Assembly (NCBI GenBank): GCA_017619655.1
Contig: JAFZRV010000012.1
Coordinates: forward strand, 2,988 to 66,987
From: Bacteroidales bacterium
Lineage (GTDB): Bacteria; Bacteroidota; Bacteroidia; Bacteroidales; UBA932
Length of the DNA: 64,000 bases
Direction: 5' to 3'
Part shown: piece by piece, positions 45,807-55,029 of the stretch
Position numbering within the stretch: position 1 is the first letter of the stretch
Layout of the letters: every line of letters starts with the position of its first letter
The notes under the pieces: generated by a model
Databases searched by the model: none
What the model was told of the DNA's origin: nothing
What the model saw: only the letters and a program-made list of their open reading frames with translations
Position numbers and translations under genes: made by a program

Positions 45807-46986
45807 ACAACACTTCACTGTCATCGGCATGACGGACGACCGGTCGGTCTGGTTTCCGCCCGAAGTGCGGGCGGTCATTGCGTCGGGCCGTGTGTTCTCG
45901 GGTGGGAAGCGCCATCACGAAATCGTGGCGCCGCTGCTGCCGGAAGGCGCCGCGTGGATCGATATCACCGTGCCGCTCGAAGCGGTCTTCGACCAATATG
46001 CGGGACATGCGGAAGTGGTGGTTTTCGCCTCGGGCGATCCGCTTTTTTTCGGTTTCGCCAATACCCTGCGGCGGGAACTGCCTGACGCGGAGATCACGGT
46101 CTTTCCCTCGTTCAATTCCTTGCAGTTGCTGGCCCATCGGATCCTGTTGCCCTATGCCGACATGCGCACCGTATCGTTGACCGGCCGGCCCTGGGAGGCG
46201 TTTGACGAAGCTTTGATCCGGGGTGAACGGCTTATCGGCGTGCTGACCGACCGCCAGAAGACGCCCGCCCTCATCGCCCGGCGCATGCTTGAATACGGCT
46301 ACGACAACTACCGGATAACCGTAGGGGAGTGCCTGGGCAACCGCGACACCGAGCGGGTTCGCACTTTGTCGCTGGCTGAGGCGACGGCGGCCGAATTCGC
46401 TTTTCCCAACTGTCTCATCCTTGCGCAAACGGTTGCGAAAGTCCATCCTTTCGGCCTTCCCGAGCAGGATTTCGCCCTGCTGGACGGCCGCGTGAACATG
46501 ATTACAAAGATGCCCATCAGACTGCTGACCCTCAGTCAGTTGGATCTGGCGGGGCGGCGCTCTTTCTGGGATATCGGCTTCTGCACCGGCTCCGTTTCCA
46601 TCGAAGCCCGCCTCCGCTTCCCGCAGCTGCAGCTGACCGCCTTTGAAATCCGCGAAGCCGGCCGCGAACTCATGGCGCAGAATGCCCGCAAGTTCGGCGC
46701 TCCCGGCATCGACTTCCATATCGGTGACTTCCTCGAGGCTGACCTGTCCGCATTGCCCGCTCCTGACGCCGTTTTTATCGGCGGACACGGCGGCCGTCTG
46801 GGAGACTTTCTGCAGCGCATCGACGGCGTTCTGCTGCCCGGCGGCCGCATCGTCTTCAACGCGGTCAGCGAGCAGAGTCAGGCCCTTTTCCGCGCTGCCG
46901 TCGCCGCCGTCGGCCGCCGCATCACGAACGAAATGCATGTTTCGGTCGATTCCTTCAACCCCATTAACATCATGACCGCCGAATGA
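45799..46986 (+). CDS. cbiE: Fusion: precorrin-6Y C5,15-methyltransferase (decarboxylating), CbiE + CbiT
   Basis: Start MSRQHFTVIGM overlaps the upstream stop. The CbiE half has VVVFASGDPLFFG. The CbiT half has a SAM-methyltransferase fold (FWDIGFCTGSVSIE). Confidence 0.85.
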   Translation: MSRQHFTVIGMTDDRSVWFPPEVRAVIASGRVFSGGKRHHEIVAPLLPEGAAWIDITVPLEAVFDQYAGHAEVVVFASGDPLFFGFANTLRRELPDAEITVFPSFNSLQLLAHRILLPYADMRTVSLTGRPWEAFDEALIRGERLIGVLTDRQKTPALIARRMLEYGYDNYRITVGECLGNRDTERVRTLSLAEATAAEFAFPNCLILAQTVAKVHPFGLPEQDFALLDGRVNMITKMPIRLLTLSQLDLAGRRSFWDIGFCTGSVSIEARLRFPQLQLTAFEIREAGRELMAQNARKFGAPGIDFHIGDFLEADLSALPAPDAVFIGGHGGRLGDFLQRIDGVLLPGGRIVFNAVSEQSQALFRAAVAAVGRRITNEMHVSVDSFNPINIMTAE

Positions 46987-48914
46987 GTAGAGTAGCCATT
47001 ATAGTAGTATCTGAATCATCCCTGCCTATCGCTCAACGCATAGCGGCTTGCGTAGGCGAGGCTCGCTCCGCGGCTCTGGTATCCGTCTCGCTCCCGAAAA
47101 AAGGTCGCTTCACCGGATACCACCCGCCGCTAGGCGAGCCTGTGGCAGTTTATACGAAAAAAGAGATTGGATCCTATGGTAAGTTCTTGAAAGACAACTG
47201 GCAGGAGCTTGAGGCCATCGTCTTTATCGGCGCCCTCGGCATCTGTACCCGCAGTATCGCCCCGGCCCTGAAGAATAAATATGAGGATCCCGCCGTCGTC
47301 TGTATCGACAGTACCGGCCAATACGTCATTCCCGTCGTTTCCGGCCACATCGGCGGTGCCAACGACCTGGCTCGCCATATTGCTGAATCTATTGGTGCCC
47401 AAGCTATTGTAACGACGCAGAGCGACAACGAAGGCCTCTGGGCCCTCGATACCCTCGCACGCCAGTACGGCTGGCAGGTAGAGGCTAAGCCGGCCGAAAT
47501 GAACCGCGCCATCTTCGCCTTCGTCGAGAAAAAGCCCACGGCACTCCTGCTCGAAATCCGCGACGCCGGAACCGACTACCTCGAGCGGACCAAACCAGAA
47601 CATGTCCAAATCTTTTATCGCCGCGAAGACCTGAATGCCGGCGATTTCGCCCTGGTGATCGCCGTCACGCCCTCCGTCATGCCCGACGCCACCCTCGGCC
47701 ACGACCGGGGGTTGATCCGGCATCTCAACCTTCCCGATGACATGCCTTTGCTTGTATTCAACCCGCCGGTGCTCCACCTGGGCTTCGGCTGTCGGAAGCA
47801 ATGTGACCCGGCGGGAATCCCCGAAGCCATCGAGGCGAAACTCCGCGAGGCGGGCCTGTCGCCGAAATCCATCGCGACGGTCGGAACCGTCGAACTGAAG
47901 AAAGACGAAGCCCTGCTGCAGGCCCTGCTGGCCCAGTGGCCCCAGGCGCAGGCGGCCGTCTATCCCGCGGAAACCCTGGCGGCGATCGACGTGCCGAACC
48001 CGTCGGAGAAGGCGCTCGCCGCTACCGGGAGCGCCGGCGTGGCCGAAGCGGCCGCGATCGCCGGCGCCCAGGGCGGCCCTCTGCGCATTGAGAAGCAGAA
48101 GGGCCGGCTCTCCGAAGGCAACGATTTTACCTTTGCGGTGGCGCAGGGCGCCGCGTCGCTGCGCGCCGGACACATCGAGATTGTCGGCGCGGGTCCTGGA
48201 GACCCCGAACTGGTGTCCGTGCGCGGCAAACGCTTCCTCGAGCAAGCCGACCTCATCCTCTACGCCGGCAGCCTGGTGCCGGTCGAATTAACGCAGTACG
48301 CCAAGCACGGATGTACGGTGCGCAGTTCCGCCTCGATGGACCTGGAGGAGCAGTTCGCCCTGATGAAAGAATTCTATGACAAAGGCTTGCTGGTGGTGCG
48401 GCTGCATACCGGGGACCCCTGCCTCTACGGCGCCATCCAGGAACAGATGGCCTTCTTCGACCGCTACGGGATGGACTATCACATCACGCCGGGCATCTCG
48501 GCGTTCCAGGCAGCCGCCGCGGCGCTCCGCTCGCAGTTCACCATCCCCGAAAAGGTGCAGACCATCATCCTCACGCGCGGCGAAGGGCGCACGCCCATGC
48601 CGGAGCGGGAACAGCTGCACAAGCTCGCGCAGTCGCAGAGCACCATGTGCATCTACCTCAGCGCGGGCATCGTGGAAGAAGTGCAGGCCGAACTGCTGCA
48701 GGCCTATCCGCCTGAAACCCCTGTGGCCGCCTGCTACAAGCTGACCTGGAAGGAAGAACGCATCTACCGCGGCGTGCTTCGCGACCTGGCGAAGATCGTG
48801 CGGGACAACAACCTGACGCTCACCACGCTGCTCGTGGTGGGTGACGCCATCGGCAACCGCGAGGGCCTCTCGCGGCTCTATGCCCACGAATTCAAACACC
48901 TTTTCCGGAAATGA
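46983..48914 (+). CDS. cbiG: Fusion: cobalt-precorrin-5A hydrolase (CbiG) + cobalt-precorrin-4 C11-methyltransferase (CbiF)
   Basis: The CbiG part has GICTRSIAPALKNKYEDPAVVCIDSTGQYVIPVVSGHIGGAN. The CbiF part has VGAGPGDPELVSVRG, HTGDPCLYGA and TPGISAF. Confidence 0.85.
   Translation: MSRVAIIVVSESSLPIAQRIAACVGEARSAALVSVSLPKKGRFTGYHPPLGEPVAVYTKKEIGSYGKFLKDNWQELEAIVFIGALGICTRSIAPALKNKYEDPAVVCIDSTGQYVIPVVSGHIGGANDLARHIAESIGAQAIVTTQSDNEGLWALDTLARQYGWQVEAKPAEMNRAIFAFVEKKPTALLLEIRDAGTDYLERTKPEHVQIFYRREDLNAGDFALVIAVTPSVMPDATLGHDRGLIRHLNLPDDMPLLVFNPPVLHLGFGCRKQCDPAGIPEAIEAKLREAGLSPKSIATVGTVELKKDEALLQALLAQWPQAQAAVYPAETLAAIDVPNPSEKALAATGSAGVAEAAAIAGAQGGPLRIEKQKGRLSEGNDFTFAVAQGAASLRAGHIEIVGAGPGDPELVSVRGKRFLEQADLILYAGSLVPVELTQYAKHGCTVRSSASMDLEEQFALMKEFYDKGLLVVRLHTGDPCLYGAIQEQMAFFDRYGMDYHITPGISAFQAAAAALRSQFTIPEKVQTIILTRGEGRTPMPEREQLHKLAQSQSTMCIYLSAGIVEEVQAELLQAYPPETPVAACYKLTWKEERIYRGVLRDLAKIVRDNNLTLTTLLVVGDAIGNREGLSRLYAHEFKHLFRK
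47061..47130 (+). repeat. Palindromic repeat family, copy B (inside the cbiG N-terminus, flanked by an 8-bp direct repeat)
   Basis: gctcgctccgcggctctggtatccgtctcgctcccgaaaaaaggtcgcttcaccggataccacccgccgc is flanked by taggcgag at 47053..47060 and 47131..47138. Element plus one repeat is 78 nt, or 26 codons. Confidence 0.75.
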
Positions 48915-50719
48915 TCCTGATTCTCGGCGGTACGACGGAAGGACGCCTCGCGGTGCGGGTGATCGATGCGGCGGGTACGCCCTACTGGTACTCCACGCGC
49001 GGCGAACTGCAGCAGATCGAGTGCAAGCACGGCACGCACATCACCGGTGCGCTCGATGCTGCGACGATGCAAACTTTTTGCGAGGAAAACGAGGTTCGGC
49101 TGCTGGTCGACGCGGCGCATCCGTTTGCCACGGAACTGCATGGCACGGTCGCGGCTGTCGCCGCGTCGCTTGACCTTCCGGTCGTGCGCGTCGAACGTGT
49201 GTATGAGATTCCGGGTCAAGACCGGAATGACGGCGGGATGACCATTCGGTGGTGTACCGATTATGATGATGCCGTCCGGCAACTGGAAGCCGACGGCATC
49301 ACCCGGCTGTTGGCCCTGACGGGCGTCCAGACCATCGCCAAGCTGCGCGACTATTGGACGCGGCATGACTGCTGGTTTCGCATCCTGCACCGGGACGAAT
49401 CGCTGGAGAAGGCTGCTCAGCAGGATTTTCCGGCGGACCGGCTGGTTTATTACGAAGATGAGGACGAGGCGGCGCTCATCGCGCGCCTGCAGCCGCAAGC
49501 CATCCTGACGAAGGAAAGCGGCGAATCGGGCGGTTTCCCGCAGAAAGTCGCTGCGGCGCAGTCGGCGGGTATTCCGGTCTATGCGGTCCGACGGCCGGCA
49601 CTGCCTGCCGGTTTTGAAACGGTTACGGGCGAATTCGGCTTGCGCAAGGCCATCGAGCGGCTGGTGCCGGGCTTCTTTCCGTTGCGCAGCGGCTTTACGA
49701 CCGGCGCCTGCGCTACGGCGGCCTCCAAGGCTGCGTTGTTGGCGCTTTTGGGTCGCGATGTGGGGGAGAAGGTCGATGTGTTATTTCCCGATGGCGAAGC
49801 CCTCGCTCTGCCCGTTAAAGATGTCAAGGCGGAGCGCGTTGACCGGGCGACGGCGACCGTCGTCAAGGACGGCGGCGATGATCCGGACGTGACCGACGGC
49901 TGTTCGGTCGTGGCCACCGTCGCTTTCAGCGACAGCCCCGGCATCCATTTCTTTCGGGGAGAAGGTGTCGGCTGCGTGACGCTGCCGGGGCTCGGTTTGC
50001 CCGTCGGCGGCCCTGCCATCAACCGTGTGCCGCGGCAGATGATGGAACAGAACCTGTCCGCTCTCTACGACGGCGGTCTCGACATCATGATCTCTGTGCC
50101 AGGCGGCCGGGAGCTGGCGCGTCGCACTTTCAACGCCAAGGTAGGTGTCATCGGCGGTATCTCCATCATCGGATCCTCCGGCATTGTTCGCCCGTTCTCG
50201 AACGAAGCCTTCGTCGAAGCCATCCGGAAAGAGATCGAAGTGGCCGTGGCTGTCGGCGTGGAGCAACTGGTCATCAATTCGGGCGCCAAGAGCGAGGCGT
50301 TCCTCAGAGCCCGTTTCCCTGCGCTGCCGCTGCAAGCCTTTGTCCATTACGGCAATTTCATCGGCGAGACGCTGAAGATCGCGGCCGAGCAGCAGGTTCC
50401 TCGGGTGACGATGGGCATCATGCTTGGCAAGGCCGTCAAGTTGGCGGAAGGCCATCTCGATACGCATAGCAAGACTGTCGTGATGAACAAGCCCTTCCTG
50501 AAGGATGTGGCTGCCGATGCGGGCTGCTCGCCGGCGGCCGCCGAGGCTATCGACCGCCTGACCCTGGCCCGCGAGCTTTGGAAAGGGCTTTCGGAAGAAG
50601 ATGCGAGACGATTCTTCACGGCCATCCTCGATCGTTGCTACGCTGCCTGTGAAACGGTTTATCCAGCTTCGCTCACCATCCTGCTGTTGGATGAAGACGG
50701 CAACGTCTTTGAAGTTTAA
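48911..50719 (+). CDS. cbiJ: Fusion: cobalt-precorrin-6A reductase (CbiJ) + cobalt-precorrin-5B C1-methyltransferase (CbiD)
   Basis: The N-terminus MILILGGTTEGR with LVDAAHPFA marks CbiJ/CobK. The C-terminal half LRSGFTTGACATAASKAA with GGISIIGSSGIVRPFS marks CbiD. Confidence 0.85.
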   Translation: MILILGGTTEGRLAVRVIDAAGTPYWYSTRGELQQIECKHGTHITGALDAATMQTFCEENEVRLLVDAAHPFATELHGTVAAVAASLDLPVVRVERVYEIPGQDRNDGGMTIRWCTDYDDAVRQLEADGITRLLALTGVQTIAKLRDYWTRHDCWFRILHRDESLEKAAQQDFPADRLVYYEDEDEAALIARLQPQAILTKESGESGGFPQKVAAAQSAGIPVYAVRRPALPAGFETVTGEFGLRKAIERLVPGFFPLRSGFTTGACATAASKAALLALLGRDVGEKVDVLFPDGEALALPVKDVKAERVDRATATVVKDGGDDPDVTDGCSVVATVAFSDSPGIHFFRGEGVGCVTLPGLGLPVGGPAINRVPRQMMEQNLSALYDGGLDIMISVPGGRELARRTFNAKVGVIGGISIIGSSGIVRPFSNEAFVEAIRKEIEVAVAVGVEQLVINSGAKSEAFLRARFPALPLQAFVHYGNFIGETLKIAAEQQVPRVTMGIMLGKAVKLAEGHLDTHSKTVVMNKPFLKDVAADAGCSPAAAEAIDRLTLARELWKGLSEEDARRFFTAILDRCYAACETVYPASLTILLLDEDGNVFEV

Positions 50720-51246
50720 AGTTGAATCTTGACGAGGCCGCCGAAGGGCGAAAGGGCGGCGAAGGCGTCGGCCGGAGTGACCTGGCCGGTGTAGACCTGC
50801 GCGGCGACGAGGACGCCGCCGTGGGCGAAGATGACCACGCGCCGCCAGGGCTGATGCCGCAGCTCGTCGAGGAAGCGGCTCACGCGATCGTACTGCTGCA
50901 TGAACGACTCGCCGCCCGTAACGGGCGTATGGATGTGGTCGGCATACCACTCCTGGAGATGCGGGTCCGTGATATCGTCAAAGCGTTTCATCTCCCATTC
51001 GCCGAAATTGATTTCCATCAGCCGCGGGTCTCGTTCGGCGTCAGCGTATCCGCAGAAGGCGGCCAGCCGTGTGCAGCGGGACAGGGGACTGGTATAGGCG
51101 TGGTCCATGGGGCCGCAGGCTTCCAGCGCTGCCTTCGTCACCGTCGCCTCCGTCTCGAACGACGCTTTCAGCGGAACATCGCTCTGCCCGTAGCACGTTC
51201 CGGTAGGTACGTCAGGCGTGGTATGCCGGATGAGGATGACTTCCAT
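50716..51246 (-). CDS. cobC: Alpha-ribazole phosphatase (histidine phosphatase family)
   Basis: 176 aa with LIRHT (RHG-type) catalytic N-terminus. It is adjacent to cobS. Confidence 0.8.
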   Translation of the reverse strand: MEVILIRHTTPDVPTGTCYGQSDVPLKASFETEATVTKAALEACGPMDHAYTSPLSRCTRLAAFCGYADAERDPRLMEINFGEWEMKRFDDITDPHLQEWYADHIHTPVTGGESFMQQYDRVSRFLDELRHQPWRRVVIFAHGGVLVAAQVYTGQVTPADAFAALSPFGGLVKIQL

Positions 51247-51247
51247 C

Positions 51248-52018
51248 TCAGGCCCAGTTCGGATAGGCGGCCATCACGGCCAGGTAAAGCGAGAGTTCGC
51301 AAAGGAGGAAGGTGGCGCCGCAGCAGTCGCCGGTATAGCCCTGGATCTTGCGCTTCATCACCAGCCGCAGCATCAGCATGACCAGCACCGGAACGATCAT
51401 CAGCAGGAGGAACTGCCGGGGCAGCCAGCCCAGCGCAAAGACGCAGAGGAAGCTCGGCGCCAGGCCGCCGAAGAAGCAAAGCAGCAGCTCGCCCAGGCTC
51501 ATTCGTTGGTAGACGGTCTTGTTTTTCGCTTCCTGCTCGCTGCGGGCATAGGGGAGGAAGTTGATGAGCTGGGCGGCGCAGCACTTCGCCCAGCAGTCGC
51601 CGCAGACCAGGACGATGCACAGCGTGTCGCGCGGCAGCACCGAAGGCAGTGCGAGCATCAGGGCGAAATACAGGATCAGGCCGATCACTCCGAAGGTGCC
51701 GATGTGCGAATCCTTCATGATGGCCAGGGTCTTCTCGCGGGAGGTGCCGCCGCCGAAGCCGTCGATGAAGTCGGCCAGGCCGTCCTCGTGCAGGCAGCCG
51801 GTGAGCACCAGCCGCACCAGCAGGGCGAAGATCCACGCCACGGTAATCGGGAAGATGTGGCTGCTGAGCCAGAGGGTGAGGGCCATCATGCCGCCCGTGA
51901 GCCAGCCCACCAGGGGCCAGCGGGGCACCACGCGCTTGAAATCCTCGGCAGGCACATCGATCAGCCGCCAGAACGGCAGCCTTGTAAAAAAGATCAATGT
52001 GGCCAGCAACATCAGCAT
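51248..52018 (-). CDS. cobS: Adenosylcobinamide-GDP ribazoletransferase (cobalamin synthase)
   Basis: 256 aa polytopic membrane protein with LHEDGLADFIDGFGGG and GYTGDCCGA motifs. Confidence 0.9.
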   Translation of the reverse strand: MLMLLATLIFFTRLPFWRLIDVPAEDFKRVVPRWPLVGWLTGGMMALTLWLSSHIFPITVAWIFALLVRLVLTGCLHEDGLADFIDGFGGGTSREKTLAIMKDSHIGTFGVIGLILYFALMLALPSVLPRDTLCIVLVCGDCWAKCCAAQLINFLPYARSEQEAKNKTVYQRMSLGELLLCFFGGLAPSFLCVFALGWLPRQFLLLMIVPVLVMLMLRLVMKRKIQGYTGDCCGATFLLCELSLYLAVMAAYPNWA

Positions 52019-52046
52019 ATCACCTGCAAATTTAATGAATATTCGC

Positions 52047-52054
52047 TATCTTTG
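52047..52054 (+). promoter_or_regulatory. Bacteroidota -7 promoter box (TATCTTTG) for cobU
   Basis: TAnnTTTG match ends 6 nt before the cobU ATG, inside the 42-nt cobS/cobU divergent spacer. Confidence 0.4.
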
Positions 52055-52060
52055 TATGTC

Positions 52061-52573
52061 ATGAAGCACATCATCCTGATTACAGGCGGTTCCCGTTCGG
52101 GAAAGAGCAGTTACGCCGAGCAGTTGGCGCTGTCCCTGTCCGAGGCTCCGGTCTATCTGGCCACGGCCCGCATCTGGGACGATGAGTTTCGGGAGCGGGT
52201 GCGCCGCCATCAGGAGCGCCGCGGTCCCCAATGGACCAACATCGAAGAAGAGAAGTTCCTGAGCCGGCATGCCCTGCCGGGCCGCGTCGTCGTGGTGGAC
52301 TGCCTCACGCTCTGGTGCACCAATTTCTTTTTCGACAGCGACAGCGACGTGGACGCTTCGCTTGTCGCGCTCAAGGCCGAATTCGACCGCTTCACCGACC
52401 AGGATGCCACTTTCCTCTTCGTTACCAACGAGATCGGAATGGGTGGCACTTCCGACAACGCCCTCCAGCGTCGCTTTACCGACCTCCAGGGCTGGATGAA
52501 CCAGTATGTCGCTTCAAAGGCGGATGAAGTGCTGCTGATGGTCAGCGGCATTCCCGTCAAAATCAAAGGATAG
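52061..52573 (+). CDS. cobU: Bifunctional adenosylcobinamide kinase / cobinamide-phosphate guanylyltransferase
   Basis: Start [20 protein letters not shown] (P-loop), with VVVDCLTLW and VTNEIGMG motifs. Confidence 0.9.
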   Translation: MKHIILITGGSRSGKSSYAEQLALSLSEAPVYLATARIWDDEFRERVRRHQERRGPQWTNIEEEKFLSRHALPGRVVVVDCLTLWCTNFFFDSDSDVDASLVALKAEFDRFTDQDATFLFVTNEIGMGGTSDNALQRRFTDLQGWMNQYVASKADEVLLMVSGIPVKIKG

Positions 52574-52574
52574 C

Positions 52575-53615
52575 ATGGAATTCACAATCGAGCGCCCTGA
52601 CCGGAAGCTGCAACATGCCCTGCAGGCCAGGATCGACAGCCTGACCAAACCCAAGGGCTCGCTGGGCGTGCTGGAAGACCTCGCGCTGCAGGTCGGTCTG
52701 ATCCAGCAGACCCTTACGCCCCGGCTTTGCCATCCGCAGAACATCGTGTTCGCGGCGGACCACGGCATCGTGGCGGAAGGGGTGAGCGTCGCCCCGAAGG
52801 AGGTAACCTGGCAGCAGGTGCTTCACTTCACGCACCCGCAAGGCACGGGCGGGGTCAATTTCCTCTGCCGCCAGCACGGCTTCACCCTGAAGGTGGTCGA
52901 TGCGGGCGTGGATTATGAACTGCCGAAGGACCGCGGGATCATCGACCTGAAGATCCGTCGCGGGACCAGCAACTATATCGACGGGCCGGCCATGTCCGAA
53001 GCGGAGCTGGAACAGTGCCTCGAAGGCGGCTCACGGGTGGTTCGCCAGTGTGCTGCAGAGGGAAGCAATGTGCTGAGCTTCGGCGAGATGGGCATTGGAA
53101 ACACCTCCGCCTCCTCGCTGTGGATGCACTTTTTCACCGGCATTCCGCTTTCGGAATGCGTGGGAGCGGGGAGCGGGCTCGACATCAAGGGCATCCTGCA
53201 CAAGTACGAGGTGCTCTCCCGCGCGAAGGAAAACTACCGCGGTGACGGCTCGCCGCGCGACCTCATCCGCTGGTTCGGCGGTTTCGAGATGGGGATGGCC
53301 GTGGGCGCCATGCTGCAGGCGGCCGAATTGAAAATGGTCATCCTGGTCGACGGTTTCATCATGACCAGCTGCATGCTGGCCGCTTCAAAACTATGCCCGG
53401 CGGTTCTGGACTATGCCGTTTTCGGCCATTGCGGCGACGAGTCCGGCCACCGCAAACTCCTGGACGCCCTGGGCGCAAGACCGCTGCTGAACCTGGGCCT
53501 CCGGCTGGGAGAGGGGACCGGCGCCATCTGCGCATATCCGATCCTCGACTCTGCCGTCCGCATGATCAATGAGATGGATACCTTCGACACCGCGTCCATC
53601 ACCCAGTATTTTTAA
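52575..53615 (+). CDS. cobT: Nicotinate-nucleotide:dimethylbenzimidazole phosphoribosyltransferase
   Basis: 346 aa with [20 protein letters not shown] and LGEGTGA motifs. Confidence 0.9.
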   Translation: MEFTIERPDRKLQHALQARIDSLTKPKGSLGVLEDLALQVGLIQQTLTPRLCHPQNIVFAADHGIVAEGVSVAPKEVTWQQVLHFTHPQGTGGVNFLCRQHGFTLKVVDAGVDYELPKDRGIIDLKIRRGTSNYIDGPAMSEAELEQCLEGGSRVVRQCAAEGSNVLSFGEMGIGNTSASSLWMHFFTGIPLSECVGAGSGLDIKGILHKYEVLSRAKENYRGDGSPRDLIRWFGGFEMGMAVGAMLQAAELKMVILVDGFIMTSCMLAASKLCPAVLDYAVFGHCGDESGHRKLLDALGARPLLNLGLRLGEGTGAICAYPILDSAVRMINEMDTFDTASITQYF

Positions 53616-53618
53616 CGG

Positions 53619-55019
53619 ATGAACCTGATCTTCTCCACCCTCCTCGTGCTGGCGCTGATCGGCGTGTTGATCTATATCATCGCCGAAAACCAGCATCCCA
53701 CCCAGACCCTGGCGTGGGTGGTGGTGATCATTTTCCTGCCGGTCGTCGGCCTGATCCTCTATTTCCTGGTGGGCCATCGCCCGGTCCGCAAGCACCTCCT
53801 GCCGCCCGCCGAAAGAGAGGCCTTGCAGCAGCTGGTGCGGGAGGCCCAGGCACCGTTCCGGGGTGCCGCTCCCGCTCCCTATACCAAGCTCGACAGCCTG
53901 CAGCAGGCACTCGGGCAGGGAGAGTCCCTCGGCGGCAATGCCACCCGCCTCTACACGGCCTTCGGGCCCATGCTGGAAGACCTGCTGGCCGACTTGGCGC
54001 AGGCACGGGACCATATCCATTTCCAGTTCTTCAAGTTCGAGGACGACCCGGTGGGCCGCCGCGTGGCGGAACTGCTCGTCCGCAAGGCACGCGAAGGCGT
54101 GCGTGTCCGCGTGCAGTACGACGATCTCGCCAATATCTTCCGCAAGAAGTTCTACCGGGAGCTCAAGGACGCCGGCATCGAAGTCAGGCCCTTCCTGGCC
54201 ATCAATTTCCCCTTCATCTCGCCCGATTCGAATTTCCGCAACCACCGCAAGATCGTCGTGGTCGACGGGCGCGCTGGCTACCTGGGCGGCATGAACATCG
54301 CCGAGCGCTATGGCAAAGGGCTGGACTGGGGCCCGTGGCGCGACACGCACCTGCGCATCGAAGGGCCTGCCGTCGCCGAACTGCAGGTGTCTTTCCTGGC
54401 GGACTGGCGCTTCTCCTCCGGCGAACTGCTCGCGGAGCCGCGCTATTTCCCGGCCTGTGCCGCGAAAGGGGAGACCCGGGTGCAGGTGGTGCGTTCCGAC
54501 CCCATGGGTCCCTGGCACGCCGCCATGCAGGGCCTGATCCAGCTGCTGGGTACGGCGCGCGACTACGTGTACCTGCAGACCCCGTATTTCATCCCTACGG
54601 CCACGATGATGCTGGCCCTCAAGAACGCCGCCCTGTCCGGGCTCGACGTGCGCGTCATGATGCCGGAGCGGGGCGACGGCCTGCTGACCACGCTGGCTTC
54701 CAAGTCGTATGTCAAGGAGGCCCTTTCCGCCGGCGTGAAGATCTATCTCTACCGGGACGGTTTCCTGCACGCCAAGACCATCGTGTCCGACGACGCCTTC
54801 GCGTCGGTCGGCTCCACCAACCTGGACGTGCGCAGCTTCACCCTCGATTTCGAAGTGGACGCCTATTGCTACGATCCGGCCGTCGCCGCGCAGCAGAAAG
54901 CCGTCTTCGAACAGGATATGGCGCAGTCCGTCCGGCTCGAGCTGCAAGAATGGCTGTCCCGCCCGAACTGGGAGAAACTGAAAGAATCGCTGGCGCGGCT
55001 TTTCTCGCCGCTGTTGTAA
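53619..55019 (+). CDS. cls: Cardiolipin synthase (phospholipase D superfamily)
   Basis: Two N-terminal TM helices and two HKD motifs (NHRKIVVVDG and LHAKTIVSDD). Confidence 0.9.
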   Translation: MNLIFSTLLVLALIGVLIYIIAENQHPTQTLAWVVVIIFLPVVGLILYFLVGHRPVRKHLLPPAEREALQQLVREAQAPFRGAAPAPYTKLDSLQQALGQGESLGGNATRLYTAFGPMLEDLLADLAQARDHIHFQFFKFEDDPVGRRVAELLVRKAREGVRVRVQYDDLANIFRKKFYRELKDAGIEVRPFLAINFPFISPDSNFRNHRKIVVVDGRAGYLGGMNIAERYGKGLDWGPWRDTHLRIEGPAVAELQVSFLADWRFSSGELLAEPRYFPACAAKGETRVQVVRSDPMGPWHAAMQGLIQLLGTARDYVYLQTPYFIPTATMMLALKNAALSGLDVRVMMPERGDGLLTTLASKSYVKEALSAGVKIYLYRDGFLHAKTIVSDDAFASVGSTNLDVRSFTLDFEVDAYCYDPAVAAQQKAVFEQDMAQSVRLELQEWLSRPNWEKLKESLARLFSPLL

Positions 55020-55029
55020 ACTTCCGTGC

